DNA of 45,560 nucleotides from Escherichia phage ev243: sequence record NC_049955.1; one strand, 5' to 3'. Shown piece by piece: positions 43,527 to 45,560 of this stretch (position 1 is its first letter; each line of letters starts with the position of its first letter). The notes under the pieces were generated by a model. It saw only the letters and a program-made list of their open reading frames with translations, ran no database searches and was not told where the DNA came from. The position numbers and the translations under genes were made by a program.

Positions 43527-44023
43527 TGCCTCCATCATTACGAAAAGCCGTTGCTGCTGCTATTGGTGGCGGAGCAATTGCTATAGCATCAGTGTTAATC
43601 ACTGGCCCAAGTGGTAACGATGGTCTGGAAGGTGTCAGCTACATACCATACAAAGATATTGTTGGTGTATGGACTGTATGTCACGGGCATACAGGAAAAG
43701 ACATCATGCTCGGTAAAACGTATACCAAAGCAGAATGCAAAGCCCTCCTGAATAAAGACCTTGCCACGGTCGCCAGACAAATTAACCCGTACATCAAAGT
43801 CGATATACCGGAAACAATGCGCGGCGCTCTTTACTCATTCGTTTACAACGTGGGTGCTGGCAATTTCAGAACATCGACGCTTCTTCGCAAAATAAACCAG
43901 GGCGATATCAAAGGCGCATGTGATCAGCTACGTCGCTGGACATATGCTGGCGGTAAGCAATGGAAAGGTCTCATGACTCGTCGTGAGATTGAGCGTGAAA
44001 TCTGTTTGTGGGGTCAGCAATGA
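43526..44023 (+). CDS. R: SAR endolysin (T4-lysozyme-like muramidase with N-terminal signal-anchor-release domain)
   Basis: 165 aa; N-terminal [20 protein letters not shown]; catalytic E-x8-D-x5-T spacing in [16 protein letters not shown]. Confidence 0.9.
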
Positions 44024-44481
44024 ACAGAGTAACCGCGATTATCTCCGCTCTGGTTATCTGCATCATCGTCTGCCTGTCATGGGCTGTTAATCATTACCGT
44101 GATAACGCCATTACCTACAAAGCCCAGCGCGACAAAAATGCCAGAGAACTGAAGCTGGCGAACGCGGCAATTACTGACATGCAGATGCGTCAGCGTGATG
44201 TTGCTGCGCTCGATGCAAAATACACGAAGGAGTTAGCTGATGCGAAAGCTGAAAATGATGCTCTGCGTGATGATGTTGCCGCTGGTCGTCGTCGGTTGCA
44301 CATCAAAGCAGTCTGTCAGTCAGTGCGTGAAGCCACCACCGCCTCCGGCGTGGATAATGCAGCCTCCCCCCGACTGGCAGACACCGCTGAACGGGATTAT
44401 TTCACCCTCAGAGAGAGGCTGATCACGATGCAAAAACAACTGGAAGGAACCCAGAAGTATATTAATGAGCAGTGCAGATAG
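44020..44481 (+). CDS. Rz: Rz i-spanin
   Basis: 153 aa from [29 protein letters not shown]...; ATGA overlap with R. Confidence 0.9.
   Translation: MNRVTAIISALVICIIVCLSWAVNHYRDNAITYKAQRDKNARELKLANAAITDMQMRQRDVAALDAKYTKELADAKAENDALRDDVAAGRRRLHIKAVCQSVREATTASGVDNAASPRLADTAERDYFTLRERLITMQKQLEGTQKYINEQCR
44240..44422 (+). CDS. Rz1: Rz1 o-spanin lipoprotein, embedded in the +1 frame of Rz
   Basis: 60 aa; [24 protein letters not shown]... lipobox VVGC; proline-rich PPPPPAW. Confidence 0.85.
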   Translation: MRKLKMMLCVMMLPLVVVGCTSKQSVSQCVKPPPPPAWIMQPPPDWQTPLNGIISPSERG

Positions 44482-44512
44482 AGCTGCCCATATCGATGGG
44501 CAACTCATGCAA

Positions 44513-44806
44513 TTATTGTGAGCAATAGACACGCGCTTCCAGCGGAGTATAAATGCCTAAAGTAATAAAACCGAGCAATCCATTTACGAATGTTTGCTGG
44601 GTTTCTGTTTTAACAACATTTTCTGCGCCGCCACAAATTTTGGCTGCATCAACAGTTTTCTCCTGTCCAATTCCCGAAACGAAGAAGTGATGGGTGATGG
44701 TTTCCTTTGGTGTTACTGCTGTCGGTTTGTTTCCAACAGTAAACGTCTGTTGAGCACATCCTGTAATAAGCATTGCCAGAGCGGCAGAAAACAACATTTT
44801 TTTCAT
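44513..44806 (-). CDS. bor: Bor lipoprotein (serum-resistance / Iss family)
   Basis: 97 aa from MKKMLFSAALAMLITGCAQQTFTVGNKPTAVTPKETITHHFFVSGIGQ...; lipobox ITGC. Confidence 0.9.
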   Translation of the reverse strand: MKKMLFSAALAMLITGCAQQTFTVGNKPTAVTPKETITHHFFVSGIGQEKTVDAAKICGGAENVVKTETQQTFVNGLLGFITLGIYTPLEARVYCSQ

Positions 44807-45165
44807 CTTATTATCCTGCATTGTTAAAAACGGCAGAATCCTATGTGACAACAATTAAACGATAGTTAAATGGATTGATGAAAATTAAAACTATATAGGT
44901 GGATGCTCAGCCTATTGGAGGAGGGGGGCACTCAGAATCCTGTGGAATGAAATAAACCGCTCTTTCTGTCCATTACCCTTTTAGCTGCGCTGTATCGTCG
45001 CCGTATTCCCGCATTAACCATGACCGTAGCCCGACGGGGAATTCCTTCTGCGTGAGTGTGCGGGAATAATCAAAAACGATGCACACCGGGTTTTACTGTG
45101 CTGACAGACGCAGGGTTACCCTCATAGTCGCTTTTCCGGTGCGATGGTGGAAGAAACCGGGATGT

Positions 45166-45360
45166 TCATCCATCATCACTTTGGATTGATGTATATGCTC
45201 TCTTTTCTGACGTTAGTCTCCGACGGCAGGCTTCAATGACCCAGGCTGAGAAATTCCCAGACCCTTTTTGCTCAAGAGCGATGTTAATTTGTTCAATCAT
45301 TTGGTTAGGAAAGCGGATGTTGCGGGTTGTTGTTCTGCGGGTTCTGTTCTTAGTTGACAT
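45166..45360 (-). CDS. Small basic protein with ribbon-helix-helix-like N-terminus (DLP12 YlcI-like)
   Basis: 64 aa; MSTKNRTRRTTTRNIRFPNQMIEQINIALEQKGSGNFSAWVIEACRRRL... Confidence 0.5.
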   Translation of the reverse strand: MSTKNRTRRTTTRNIRFPNQMIEQINIALEQKGSGNFSAWVIEACRRRLTSEKRAYTSIQSDDG

Positions 45361-45479
45361 GAGGTTGCCCCGTATTCAGTGTCGCTGATTTGTATTGTCT
45401 GAAGTTGTTTTTACGTTAAGTTGATGCAGATCAATTAATACGATACCTGCGTCATAATTGATTATTTGACGTGGTTTGA

Positions 45480-45560
45480 TGGCGTAGATGCACGTTGTGA
45501 CATGTAGATGATAATTATTATCATTTTTGCGGGTCCTTTCCGGCGATCCGACAGGTTACG
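45480..45560. other. cos site, right part (cosQ region and right cohesive-end boundary)
   Basis: Ends ...tttgcgggtcctttccggcgatccgacaggttacg, the lambda right-end sequence as remembered. Confidence 0.75.

Overview
The window reads, end to end, as one complete lambdoid temperate phage genome (45,560 bp) written in virion orientation: it starts at a lambda-type left cohesive end (cosN/cosB, then Nu1) and ends at the lambda-type right end (cosQ, ...CGACAGGTTACG). Layout: (1) 188-19015, a lambda-type head and tail module (Nu1, A, W, B, C/Nu3, D, E, FI, FII, Z, U, V, G, G-T frameshift, H, M, L, K, I, J); (2) 19086-22391, lom, a chimeric side tail fibre with a lectin-like C-terminal domain, two small unknown ORFs and no recognisable tfa; (3) 22584-26422, an AT-rich minus-strand cargo block (class I SAM methyltransferase, secreted alpha/beta-hydrolase, OmpT omptin); (4) 26845-28295, an attP carrying the 3' 45 nt of a tRNA-Arg-like gene beside a DLP12-type tyrosine integrase and excisionase; (5) 28593-33557, the lambda early-left operon (TraR-like, exo, bet, gam, kil, cIII, ea10, ral, sieB, N, nutL); (6) 33725-36803, lambda immunity (oL/pL, rexB, rexA, cI, oR/pR, cro, nutR, cII); (7) 36836-41450, O/P replication with ori iterons, ren and a nin region with a Dam-family orphan methyltransferase, ninE, a ybcO remnant, rusA, ylcG and Q; (8) 41639-45360, a late region with an antisense OmpC-family porin moron, pinholin, SAR endolysin, Rz/Rz1 and bor. 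The genome is a lambda x DLP12/phage-21-type mosaic. All identifications come from reading the translations against remembered lambda and E. coli prophage protein sequences; no database search or computation was run, and named homologies are recollection-based.
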